This document shows, piece after piece, positions 1 through 13,500 of a stretch of 64,000 bases of DNA. Both the position numbers and the translations under genes were made by a program. The stretch comes from Lingula anatina (taxonomy: Eukaryota; Animalia; Brachiopoda). The stretch lies in the NCBI GenBank assembly GCA_051362555.1, contig CM120645.1, forward strand, positions 24,394,934 through 24,458,933, read 5' to 3'. The notes below the pieces were generated by a model that saw only the letters and a program-made list of their open reading frames with translations, was not told the origin of the DNA and made no database searches. The first letter of the stretch is position 1. Each line of letters begins with the position of its first letter.

Positions 1-292
1 GACCGGCCAGTCACTGAGTTTGCCAGGCTCAGCTGGAAATACAGCAAACATTGGATACAGATTATTTCACAGTATATGGCATAGATACATACGTCTTGCA
101 ATTCGATAGTAAAATTCCTAAATTGAACGGTAATCCTGTTTAAAGAAAAGCATAACAAAGACGCATTTACCGTAAGACAAGCTTCCTGACACAGAGCTAA
201 TCGACATCGAATTCTTTCAACACATAAACTCAACACTTTTGTCTAAAAAGTGTACTCACCAGCAAAACTATGATGAAACCAGTGGCATTCAT
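1..292 (-). CDS. 5' end (exons 1-2) of a secreted protein gene continuing beyond the window's left edge
   Basis: Exon 292-260 encodes MNATGFIIVLL followed by a GTGAGT donor. After a tatttccAG acceptor, exon 32-1 encodes LSLANSVTGR in the same phase. The join gives a typical signal peptide, MNATGFIIVLLLSLANSVTG. Confidence 0.75.
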
Positions 293-3200
293 GGTGAAAG
301 CTGTCTGTTCTTCCCAATGATCGCTGTTTCTTTGCTCATACAAACGCACACGACTCTTTATTGAGGTTCTGCGGCACATTAGACATAGGACGCGAATCCT
401 TGGGCCAGAGTGATATAACTGGTAGGTTTACAGCATGCCCGGTGTCATTAAACGCCTACAGTATCGTCATCAACCTTCATTACTCCCCCGTTCAAACACG
501 AGGCTACTTCCATAATTAGATTTTCTTTAATTTATTTAGTAACTGAGCCTTAGTACAATTTAATATCCGTATATCATTAGCGCGCTGTAATTATATAAAG
601 AAACTTTCTCTCAATTTTAAGGTCTTCACCAAGAATAAGAATTCCATTTAGATTTAATCAAGATCGATTCAAAATGTCTCAATAAAGTAGATAATGCTTA
701 CCGTATATACATGGAAAAAGTCCACTTTGGCCTTAATTTGTCGCGCGTGACAGGAAAGCTTTTTTTTTCTTTTTATGGCAAAACGTGCTCTTGCACTTTG
801 CGTGCGTCACTGTGGATATTAGGGCAATGTAGATAACGTTCAACTTCATTTCCAGTCATTATGTTTTGTAATTTATATGCCTCATGACGCCAATTTTTCA
901 GACGTTACTATGTAAGTTTTATGCTGTTACATGTAATCATTTTGGTAAGTCACTGACAATTGAACAGCGGGTTTGATGAGGGGAGTGCTGGGCAGGGTGG
1001 GGAGGGGGGGGGAGGTAAATGAAAGATGTGGTGGGTGATTTGGGAGAGAAAGAAAAAGGACAGTCCCTTGTCATTAAGTAGATGGCACACGCTACACCCC
1101 CCTCTTGCCACGTGCTCCTGTTCCCAGAACAAGTCACTGTACTGGCACTCTTCATATTAATCCATTCTCTCCACACTTACTCAATCCTTAATCAATTAAA
1201 TCCAATTCCTCATCCAGACCTCAATCTCCAGAGAAAGTGTACAGGCCCACCGTTATGTCCGAGAAATGACCACACAGGAATGACCGCAGTGGACTGCTCC
1301 AGAAAACCCCTCCTAACATTGACAGCGGCATTTCTTACCGCGCGTGTAGTTCTTAGTAATGCTGAGTGCAGTGTAATTCTTCCAGTCAAGGAGGGGGTAC
1401 ATCTCGGACATATGACGTTTATGTGGGCCACTCAGTTCAACTGAACAACAGCAGCGAAAAGAAGGAATGAACGAGGGTTGGTTATCTGGTTTAGTCCATT
1501 TAATGAATTTCTTTATATAGACGCTGAATACAATTTGATACATGGGAAATAAACAGAAAGGTTACAAGACAGGGTGACAAACAAAATATTGCCGAATTTA
1601 TCGCAGTAATCAATTGTATCTTACTTAACCATTTTAGTCAACCATTTAATTAAGCCATTTTGTATAACCATTAGTAAATATTTATATAATATATTTATAC
1701 CACACTACAAACCGCATCCCCTACAAGTTTCCTTTTTTCATTACATTTAATAAACAAATAGTTATATACACGATTATTTTGTTTGGCCAGAGCGTGCTAG
1801 CCGCGTCCAAGTGCGTTCAATTGTCCCCACAATCGATTCCAGAATATTTCAAAACCCTCCATGATAAGTGGCATCATTTATTAATTACTCTCCGTTAGTA
1901 CGGAAATCAGTCAGAAAACAGTTATGGGTTAATCTCCTCTCTCCCTCTGATGAACTGTTTTCATTTCCTATTGTTAGCAGCAGGGTGATTCATTAGCCTG
2001 GCACGTGCTTTGATAATAAACAAGGATCGTTATTTTTTGGCATTTTTGATCTTTTCATACTTGTTGATGTTTATTATATGTTGTCATTTTTTCTGCATCA
2101 AGCGATATTACCTTGGTCCAATGTCCAACACAACCAAAAAAGTTGTAATTTTCGTTGATAAGACTTTTTTCTCCTCTTCAAGAACGTTCACCAGTGTTAG
2201 TGTGAGGTAGAGAATACACATTAGAGACGAAGCTTGTAAGTTAATGTAGAGCCTTCAAATAACAGAAAAAAACGTTTGGTCTAAAGTCCAATTAGCTGTC
2301 CCTATTTCTTCTTTTGGGATCATGTATTCTCTGTTTTTACACATTAAAAAATTGGCTGATTATCAGCGTTTTGAAAAAAAAATAGTATCCACAGATGACT
2401 TCATAACGTCACATGTTGTCTTGCACTAAGGAGGCAGTTCTAAATAAGCTGCCAGAATCTCGGCTAAGATTAAAACCAACATTCTCAGTAAATTACAAAC
2501 ATGAAAACCGCAGTTTACCCTGTGGTTAAGTACTGTTGTGTTCTGTGTTTATCAACTAAAACTGACACTCCTTTAACGAGTTCCAAAGCAGAGCCAAATG
2601 AATGCACTTCTGGTTTTTCTTTATAAAAAAGTTTGTTGAATTATTTGAGCGTTTGTATTTTAAATAATTTTAACCGGGGGTTTGAATTTTCGACGGCGTT
2701 CCTTCTCTTAGAGGCATGTGCCGCAATCTCTGCTGGTACACGCGGGTAACCTGTCCTTTTTTCACCTTCTATAAAATCTTCATCGGCAACTTTTACAACA
2801 TTGTTCTTCCTTCTACCATTTAATCATACCTAACGAAATGTCGCAACCGAAATATTCTCTCATTAAAAACATTATATTGAAACAATTAACAATCCGTAAT
2901 GTAAAATAGCAGTTAAAGTTAAGGATTTATTACGGCATTTTCACTTCCCGTATTAAGACAAGCACACGTTTTTGCATACCGTGGCATAAAATATTGAATG
3001 GGAAAATGTTATAAAGAGAATCAATTTACTTTGTTAATTAGTCAGCAGGGTCCGTCCTACCTCTAGGTAATTAAATGAGTAATGTTCAGCGATTTGTAAA
3101 AGTAAAGAATACAGTGTAAGTCAATATATCGTGTGTGTGATCACATTCTCCACGTAACCTGTTGTACACGGGTAAAACGGTGTTCTGTCCTTAAGTTAAG

Positions 3201-5004
3201 ATGACTTATAAGATAAAGGAAATAATACCTCTCCTCATACGGGGTCACAGCACGTGGTCCATAAAAAACTTACTGTTTGACACAAAGCCACCTGCCCTCA
3301 CCTGAACATGACACTTGGAAACGCAGGGTTCAGGTTTAAGTCCGGTATTTTAGTAGCTTGTTCCAAAACGATTACACAGATAACCTCTCTCGACCTTAAC
3401 TTAACTTAACGCTCTCTCCAGATGATGGACAGTTTTTAAGACAAGAGCACGTGAAACTGCAAGGACAATCTAGTGCGCGTGTTTATGTACGATTATGCGT
3501 GCACATGCGTGTGTGTGCGCGCGTGCGTGTTTTTTATAAATACTGGGTAATATTTAACAAGGATTAATGACCCCCTGTCGTTCTGGTTTTAAGGCAACGT
3601 CAGTTAATACAGAAACCACTAATATAATGATGGGTAAGTCCTAAATACCATCTAGACACATTAAAACGAATAAAAATCGCCATCAGGAACAATATTCTAA
3701 AACGGTAATATTAATAACGTGAGAGCATGGCTTTATAGACACTTCAGACAGAACTGAAAATAAAACTAAAAAAACTCACAGAACTTAAGTTACCTTAAAC
3801 TTTTTAAGCCGAGTCATATCTAAGCTTCCGGGATAAACTTTGTTTACAGCGGGGGCAGGTAAGGATTACAAATGCTTTCGTACCTTCAGAATGTTTTTAT
3901 TTTAAAACAACTTGCAAAATCTTGATCCATGGAAAAGTTTGGGGAGAGGAAGGGGATTTTTTTAAAATGCGCTGGCGTATGTTAAAAGAGAAAGGACGTC
4001 CACCTACTAGTGCGTATAATAGGGTATTACACACCCAAAATAGGTCTCAGACACAAGAAACATAACTTGTGGTTTTTCATGCAGAAGAGATTTATGTCTC
4101 CCATATTTCACCAGAACAATGCTCCGCTCGCGTGTAATGCGCACGCATGCGTACTGCGCTGTTCATTGTTTGATGAAAAAATTGTACCTGAAATAATAAC
4201 CGAAAAGATAGCCTCTGCATGAGAGCATAAGCGTCAGAATGAATAATAACTCTGTTTATATTAAGCAATCCAACCTGTTATGAAACGGGGAAGTGCTGTC
4301 AATGAAAGAAAACAATGGCTGGCATCTGGCAGAAATCATAGTTAGCCTTGTCACCAGGGCTTGCCTCCAATCTTTGTTCCGCATTGAAACATGCTTATAC
4401 ATATTATATTCAACCCAATCCAAAAGTAATACTACGGTAAGGATCTCATTCACATCAAATATGCTAATGACATGATATTGACCAGATACACTCGAGTCCA
4501 GACGACAAGCGACAATAAAGACTCTTGTGTACGGTGCGGTTCAAAATTAAGGCCATTTTCATGTCCACATGTGTCCATTAACAGGATAACGCCAAGGTTA
4601 CATACAACAATTGCATCACCCTGGTTTCATGGCCCTAAAAAGGTTTTGTTAACGAGAAACGGAGGACGGTCCACATGCCCTGCCTCCTGGACGCTTGACG
4701 AGTCACCAGAACAAGGTTGGGCGGCATTGTGACTCTGTTGTCGTGGAGTTCTGGAGACAGTGTACGGTGTGGTTTCCTGTCCACGGACTTAATCGAGTTC
4801 TTCGAGTTCGTGGTTTCTTGAATGAGAACCCCCCTCCCCTTTTACGCTATAGTTTTTGACTCACTTTAATGTGGCACACCTTTCAATAATCTACGCAAGC
4901 CATTATTCTTCAAATTTGAAGTAAATCCCAAATTCTTCTCATCCTGTTTTACTCGTTTTACCTCTTCTCTTTATTCTACTCTCTTACATTATGTCTTTTC
5001 CATG

Positions 5005-5009
<5 letters not shown>

Positions 5010-5066
<57 letters not shown>
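5010..5066. repeat. (CT)n microsatellite
   Basis: Direct reading. Similar tracts lie at about 8676-8706, 10519-10548 and 60318-60353. Confidence 0.95.
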
Positions 5067-5073
<7 letters not shown>

Positions 5074-5757
5074 CAAATTCTTTTCACACCAGTAACCACC
5101 GTTCTCTCTATATCTGTACTATTGGTGAATTAATACCGTGTGATATTTTGACTTCTGGCTTTCCCAAATAGAACAAAAACCGAACCATCATAATGTTTTA
5201 TTGTAATCTCACCCCAAAATGACCGCATTAATTTAAAGGACAAACAACGCTATAGGAACGCGCCGATTTAACCGAAGATATTCCCCGCCGCTCTCCCCAC
5301 AAAACACACCATGAATTACGCACTCGACCGTAAATAAATTAACCTCAAGTTTCCGCGTATCTGCTCTTTGTTTAGCTTTTTTTATTACAGGGGTCCGCGT
5401 TCAGTTTTTCAAGGTCACGTGTCACACAGTAGTGATGAACACAATGAACGCCAAACAAACTCGTTACGGTTTTAATTGACACCCATCCATCACTTTAATC
5501 AAACCAACGCTACCATCTTATTTAAGGAACCGACCGATCCCCAATTCAGAGTTCCTACGAATTGCCGGCATTACCTTCACCACACACGCACGCGTCGCCA
5601 ATAAATACCGTCTGTCGAACTGAACGCGTTTCACTCACTAGGTTCACACCACTCCAATAGAAGGCACGAACTCGAAGCACGTCAACGTTCGCTTTTCCAC
5701 CCCGATATATATCCGTAGACTGAAGGAAAGTAACAGGTGCCCGCTGCAGACATCAAC

Positions 5758-5942
5758 ATGAAATCCAAGACGCTAACAAATCATTTTATTATCTGGCTGT
5801 TGCTAGGATACGCTATCACGGAGGTACGTCAAATGTTTGTGGTATTGTTTTTATTGTTGCCACTTTATCTACTTCTGTTGTCATTGTAAATGTCGATTAG
5901 TTGTGTCATCGCTGCCAGTATTGATATGTTAAGTTATCGGCG

Positions 5943-6002
<60 letters not shown>

Positions 6003-8670
6003 AGTTTTTACAGAATGTCCATGCAGTTGCAAGCACGCGGTCACATGCCACCTTACATGTAGTCGTTATACGGGCGTTGCTGTTGTCTTTCCTTGTAGCT
6101 GCCATTCAGAACTCAAGAAGATGCCCTTACCAATAATATAACGATGCTACTGCAGCTGCACTGGTATCGTTGTTATTGCATTCATATTCACGTTTGCCGG
6201 TTGCCACTAAAGTTGTTTTAATTGAGGCTGACCCAAAAGTAAAATCAGTAAAAAATGAAACGTTGGATTTTTCAGTAACTCTACACACAGAAGACGCTTA
6301 AAATCGTTTGCACATCTGCAGGAGACTGGAACGTTTTTAAGGACGAGCCAAACCATGGCGCTGATGCCTTGGGTTTTTAAATTCCTATTTCTAACTTTCT
6401 ACATCAGAATAATCGTGTTTTCAAAGGGTGAAGTGGGTCCATGTAACCGGCTGAACTACACAGTCAAGCTCGAGTTACGGAAGAGACGTAATGATTTTTG
6501 ACACTTACAATATATTCAATTTAAAAAGCGCGATAATACGCCAAGAACACGAACGCGCAGGCAGGGAACCCTTGGGGCTGGCAATGGGAACGCGCAGGCA
6601 GGGAACACTTGGGGCTGGCAATGAGAACGAGCAGGCAGGGAACCCTTGGGGCTGGCAATGGGAACGCGCAGGCAGGGAACCCTTGGGGCTGGCAATGGGA
6701 ACGCGCAGGCAGGGAACACTTGGGGCTGGCAATGGGGACGAGCGGGCAGGGAATCCTTGGGGCTGGCAATGGGAACGCGCAGGCAGGGAACACTTGGGAC
6801 TGGCAATGGGGACGAGCAGACAGGGAACCGTTGGGGCTGGCAATGGGGACGAGCAGGCAGGGAACCCCTGGGGCTGGCAGTGGAAACGAGCAGGCAGGGA
6901 ACCCTTGGGGATGGCAATGGGGACGAGCAGGCAAATGAAAAAGATAAATTAGTAATAAAAAGTTTACCTACAACTGGAAATTATTTTAGTTTAAATGTCC
7001 ATTACTCTGCCAGTGAGGTGTGCAGCGCACGGGTCTGCAGACTCTGCTTGGTGCTGGACAAAAACGCAGCTCTTATATTTATGACAGGTGCAATTTTGTT
7101 AGCGCAGCTGAGTGCGGTTACGATGAAATTTGTCCGCGGTTGGAATTGCTCGTAAAAACATCCTTACAAAATGTCTCAATGTTTCCTCGTTAAGCGACAC
7201 ACCATGCTGGCTAGAGCATTTAAAAAACTACGTTTGTGTATCTTTTAAATAGGCTCACGATTTTGAAGAAAACAAGAAGTTTGCAAACTGGAGTTGAACT
7301 TTCCTGACAGCTGGTGGCCGGACAAAGTGCCGGTCAGTTAGAGTGAGAGTCCTCGTCAGTCTTAGCCACTGGTCAGCTTACACCCTTAAACCCCCTTTAC
7401 ACTGGACGGCGTCTTTTCTGCGTCCTTTGTGTAACCATGAAACTGGCATCGCTGTGGCCTTAAAAGGAGGCACAAGCATCGCTTTGGTTGCAGAATGAAT
7501 GCTCATTGATCGGCCAGTTGTCGGCACATTAATTTTTTTTTACTCTTAAACGGGACCGTACTACGGGACGCAGAAGGGACGCCGTCCAGTGTAACGGGGG
7601 TTTTACTGATGCTTTGAACACAGAATTGATCCGACGTAACCCGCCATGTCTGGCGGCTAGGGCGACCAGCAAGTGGTATTTCTTTGGCCGTCTCCTCCAA
7701 ATTACCCTAAATTTCTGCCTCTCACCCCGTGTTCTTGCTATGTCGTGTTTAACAGCGCTTGCTAAATGTTTCCAAGCCAAAAACAACACGTATGCCTCGG
7801 AAGAAATTGTTTTAAGTCTTTCCATGTTTTCTGTACCAAGTGTAAACAGTTGGAAATCGCGCCATTGCAAATAGAAAACTGAAACGCAACGGGAAGCATA
7901 CGAAATCTTCTTCATTAAGACCTTTAGGTCTCTCGTACTTACTCCCCCTCCCCCCTGCCCCCCCCCCCCCTTCCTTTCTATCCTTCGCTTCATGATTCGT
8001 AAAACGGAAACAAAATTAAATTGTATACATGCATTTCTTGTCAGCGTTGTCTTAAAGTGACGCAATCTTTCCCTACAAATGTAAACAATCCTCTGCCCAC
8101 ACCGCCACTGTGAAACAGATTGGTTATGAGAGTTTTGGCAAGATGTTAACATGTAGTACGACCAGGTGTTGACTTGTGACACGCCTAGAACACCCGGGGG
8201 CAATCAGTGTCACATCTAACACAATAACACTTTTGTCACATTTTCATTGAAAGAGTAAAAGGATACTTTACATCTGAAAATCTGTAGCCGCATTAACTTG
8301 TTAGGCCAGGATAGGCGCACTTTCCATTATATATGCTACACTGCTACGTCAAATGAAGAATATTTGCAAAAAATAACCAAGAATAACATCTTTCTTTTAT
8401 TCAATTGTAGGCGTTGTTTGATGAGGAGCACAGTGATGAATCCAGCGCCCGCCTCATTCTTCAATCTGCCAAGGCAGCCATTGCAGGTAGAACATTTAGT
8501 CTTTTATAATGATTGTTGGACTTTAAAAAGCGGAATGAGTGAATAAGTAGACAACATGCTGTCTGGTGAATAGGAAAATAGATAACAGTCAAAACATTGA
8601 AGTGACAAAAGGGTAATTAGACTTGAATAAAGGATCTTTGGTCATTTTCTTATCGATATTTATGTATTGA

Positions 8671-8709
<39 letters not shown>

Positions 8710-10519
8710 TGCACCTGACTACCTCTTGCCGTATTATCTCAGGACTGATTCAATTTTGCTTGGTTTAAACTACCCAGCCTTACTTTAATTTAGCTAAACT
8801 AAACCTGGTCCAGTGCATGTTTGATTTCTCCCCGTGCCACGTGTTGGTAGACGAGAGCAGAGCACGGGCCCTGTTAGACCGACTTCGTCTCGCAGTTCAT
8901 TCTTAAAACTAGAAAATATGGTTCATGCAACCTGAAGCCCTGTATTACTACTAACGATTCCGGCTGTTATACACAATATATGCATTCTCGTTCACATTCA
9001 ATTGTAAATTCCAGACCTGTTCAAAAATCTCAGCTAATGTAATACAAACTAAGGCACCTTAGATGGTGATGCACGTTAAAATCGAACTAAAACTGCCTGT
9101 AAACTGAATGTGTGCATGCGTGCTCGTGTCCGCTCAAACCATTGGTGTTAATAAAGATAGATCACCTTCTAGAAATGACCCCGTGCTTGGACAGAACGCA
9201 CCTGCACGGACTTGTGTGAAAGCCCTTTAGATAATAATCTTAAGATCGACTTTAACAAATACCATTTGCACATGCACATCAAACTGATGGTCTCAGTGGA
9301 TGGAGAGAGAAAATACTTATGCGTGCACGCAGTACGTGTCATCACTAACAACACGGACACACTCGGCTGTGTGCACAGCGGCCATGCACGTGTAACTCCA
9401 CGACATGTGTCAACCTCAAAAACCATCAGTTTATTACGTTATAACCGTCGCCACGGCTATTTTAATACTAATGGCATGTATATTAAAACCACTGACTGAC
9501 CTACACATCCAGAGAATGGTCGTCTCGTTATTAACAGCACGCGCACGTCTCAACCCTGCATGCTTAAAACGCATACAAACGATCAGTAAACATAACTTCA
9601 GTATTGAATGTTTGTCCCAGGTGCTCTCAACAAGAGAAAGACCGTCCACATCAGGAGCTTAAGGAGAGGTACGTTAACGTTGTTGTAGAGATAGAATTAG
9701 TGTGTTCTGGGGTTATTTGATGCTAGTATAAGCAGAGCGATTTTAGCATAAAATCCACATTTAAACGATGCTGTGGCTGATCAAAATACAATACATGTAC
9801 TTCGACAGAGAGAACTCTTTATAAAGTTGGGCAATTTTGCATAGTAAAAGTTTTCGTAAAAGTATTCGTAAAAACAAATTGTGGGCTTTACGATATACTC
9901 TCAATATATAAACACATTGATTCATCATTCAAACCGCCATTTAAGTCATCAATTAGTCCCGACTGCCGATGAATGAAATTTCCTGTCTCCACAAAGGATG
10001 GAGATATTCACTTTTTTTCACAAAATTGGCATTTAATTTCCCGTGATAGATTTATATTAACCATTACAACGACGCAGTCTCCGATGATTGAAAAAAAATT
10101 GATAATAAACCAACACTTATGCTATAATGAAACAGCCTGCCTAGTTAACCTCATTTGAACGCTATGAATTCCGTTTTCGTGGTACTTGTATCCTGCCACT
10201 TGTAAAGCATAGGTGAGCCACCGAGGCGTCATCGCTTCCATAGGCAATTTTGAATTAACGTAGTACTGATTTATGTAGCTGTAAATATGTATTTAAATAA
10301 ATGTGAGGAAGAAGTAGCGTGATGTAAATTTGGCGTCTAGGTTTAGAAGGGCGGATGTCATATATGCTGATTTACTTTTAATATCCGATGGACCGACAAT
10401 ACGTTTGTCTTAATGAATATATCAACAAACAGTGTTTTCCTACACGTGATGTTGTAAGCAGGTTGTATCTTAAATCAATTCTGTAGAATGACCGAGTTTT
10501 ACATTCAATAGAAAATTGC

Positions 10520-10552
<33 letters not shown>

Positions 10553-13500
10553 AACATATGCTATTCATCACTAACATATATCTGATCTATAATTTGTGAC
10601 ACAGATTGGGCAAATCATATGATGCTCAAAGAATAGTGCCAGCATTACATAACGTTCATTAATGTATATTTTAGCCGTTGCCAGAGAACGCGCTGACTCC
10701 TCCACCGTTCCCGAGTTAGCAGACGGGTCGGTCATCGCCGAGTTCGACATTCTTCTAACGCCGGAGCAAGACGAGGCACGGCACAGGACGAGATTCTCGC
10801 GGAAGGCGGTGAGATCCAGGAGATATCGCTGGCCACAGGGCATTGTGCCATACGAAATAGACAGCACTGTGGGTGTGTATATAGTTTACGTCAAGGCGCG
10901 TTCCATGGGAAATAGACTGCACATCAAAATGTCAACAAGAATTCAGTAAAATTAAAGAGAGTTCACTTTGATAATGTTCAGATAATATCATATCTGATGA
11001 ATAAAATTCACACAAAACATCCAAATTACAATAATTATTTGAAACAAAGAAGGCTTGAAATTTATAATTTAAAGTAAAAAGAACGTTAAGTCTGCAAATA
11101 GCTTTGGTCTTAAGTGTATATGGTGGATTTGTTTAATGTGCGTTATCATCGTTTAAACTTGTGTTTAACAGATATTTTTTATAAATTATCATTCTTATTT
11201 ATTACAAATCAAATGTTTCAGATGCGTTAAGTACGCGCGCTCGCGCCATCATCCGCCAGGCGTTCGCTCACTGGCAGGCGCACACATGCCTACGGTTTGA
11301 GGAGTACGACCGCACTAAACACTACGCCACGCACCGCTCGGATAGACTAGTGTTTGTGAAGGGCAGTTGGTAAGTTAATTTAATATTTTGTAACGTTATG
11401 AGACGCTTTGTCAGGGATACAAAGGTAGTACTAAATTACGGTGAAACAAACGGGATATGCTAATATTTCGCAAATGATAAAATATATGTACTGCATCAAG
11501 TTGCCTTTCCTACACACAAGAATAGTAAAAGTTAATTTTTCTATTTTAAAATGATTCTTAAAATGAAACTTATTGAAGTATTTGGTACAGTTTTATTTAA
11601 ACGTTATAAGTTAAGTTTTTACCTCATCTAATCTAGACGTGTGTAATTATTTCTAGGTGCGCATCCAAGCTAGGTCGTATTGGAGGAAGGCAGCCACTCT
11701 ACCTAGCCAGAGGATGTCTCGTAAGCCGCATTTTTTCTTGCTTGAGTAGATGTAGTTCCCTTATAGAATGCCTGAAGTATGTTTATTTTTCAGGTTAAGG
11801 CCTGACAGGTTAATAACATCCATAAATATAGCCGAAACATTCTTTAATACATTTCAATGTTATTGTAAACGAGGATATTGCATTGTGTTCTTGCAGAAGA
11901 AGGGCACTATCATCCATGAGCTGGGCCACACCATTGGCTGGATCCACGAGCAGTCCAGACCAGACAGAGATCAATATGTAACGTGGGTATACTATCAACA
12001 CATTCCACTGTCACACCTAACACATTCCACTGTCTCACTTAACACAATCCACTGACATACCTAACACTGCAATGTCACACCCAACACAATCCACTATCAC
12101 AACCAACACTACAAATCTCCACATCTAACACAATAATCGCACCTAAGATTATCCACCACATTTTCAGCACAATTTGTAAGAATTGCAGTCCATAGTAACT
12201 TTCATTGGGTAATAATATAATCAATGTAAAATGGTTTGGAGATTATTCAAGGTCTTCTTATTTATTATTATCATTTTTTTCATGTCTGTCAGTGTTATCT
12301 CTGGTGCAATTTCTTTATATACATATGTTAATAGACCTAGTGCTAACATTTATATAGGTGACTACTTGGTTCTTTTAACACTGCAGGATCTCTTCAGCCA
12401 AGTCACTGCCAACATATATTCTATGTAATTATCATACAACTGCAGAATGTATATAAACATAACTGTGAGTTATTTTCCACTATTTCTTGTTTCTAGTATT
12501 GACTTGGACCGTGTGTCATACACATACAAGGACCAGTATGCCAAGGAGCCATCCAGTTTTGTAGACACATACAATGTCCCTTATGACTACTACTCCATCA
12601 TGCACTACCCCAGCAGTGGTAAGTAGTCCAGTTTGTAGACACATACAATGTCCCCTATGACTACTTCTCCATCATGCACTACCCCAGCAGTGGTAAGTAG
12701 TCCAATTTGGTAGACAAATACAATGTTCCCTATGACTACTATCCTATCAGTGGCAAGCAAAACTGAAAGCTTTAATTAAGTCATATAATGACATAAAGAT
12801 AATCCTCCCTCATAGTCACACATTTAACTTGATAAATTAACAAACTAGTGCTGTCTCATATTTTATTGCCACACTAATCAACAGATAGATCACACCTAAC
12901 ACAATGACTTATCACAATTAACACAGTGACCTGTCACAACTACCACAATAACATGTCACAGCTACAACAATGTTGTGTCACATTTACCACAATACCATCA
13001 TCTGCTCTAGGTGAAATCATCACAAAGGACCGCCGTGCACAGAATGCTATAGGACAGCGAGAGGGTCTCAGTTTCTACGATGCTAAGCTAGCTAACATCA
13101 TGTACAGCTGTAGTGCCCAGTGCCCCTCCACTGTGAGATGTGCAGCCCCTGGGTTTGTGGGACAAAACTGTGAATGTATCTGTAAAGATGGCAGTGACTC
13201 TTGTACACTAGGTAGGAATCTGACAAGGTTCGATACTTGTGCAAGCAAATGTGACAAGTGTTCAATCAAACGTGTTCAGTGTTAAATGTGAAGAAAATAA
13301 TCTCATTTGAATTCTTAACATGCACATTTTCAGCAATTATAGCATGTTCTTACCAAAGAATATATATTACATACATATAAATAATGAAATAATTTCTATG
13401 CTTACACAATTATCTTGATCATCACTCAAATAATATCACCATACCATTCCATGCTGCTGTGATATTTTTTAACTTCATGTGCTATTCCTACCACAGGGTC

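Noticed and set aside
1050-1450. Possible LINE (Tx1/L1) 3' remnant on the minus strand (CPRC..H, LWRLR)
   Set aside because: Only short motif resemblance; it cannot be supported without a search.
4250-4750. Possible CR1/L2 reverse transcriptase remnant (NLGVIL..LNFEPH)
   Set aside because: Too degenerate to call by eye.
6491-7155. Six overlapping ORFs of 109-169 aa
   Set aside because: They are translations of a 37-bp intronic minisatellite that is open in all frames.
7529-8203. 224-aa minus-strand ORF
   Set aside because: It lies in an astacin intron, crosses a MITE end and a poly-G tract, and has no recognisable domain.
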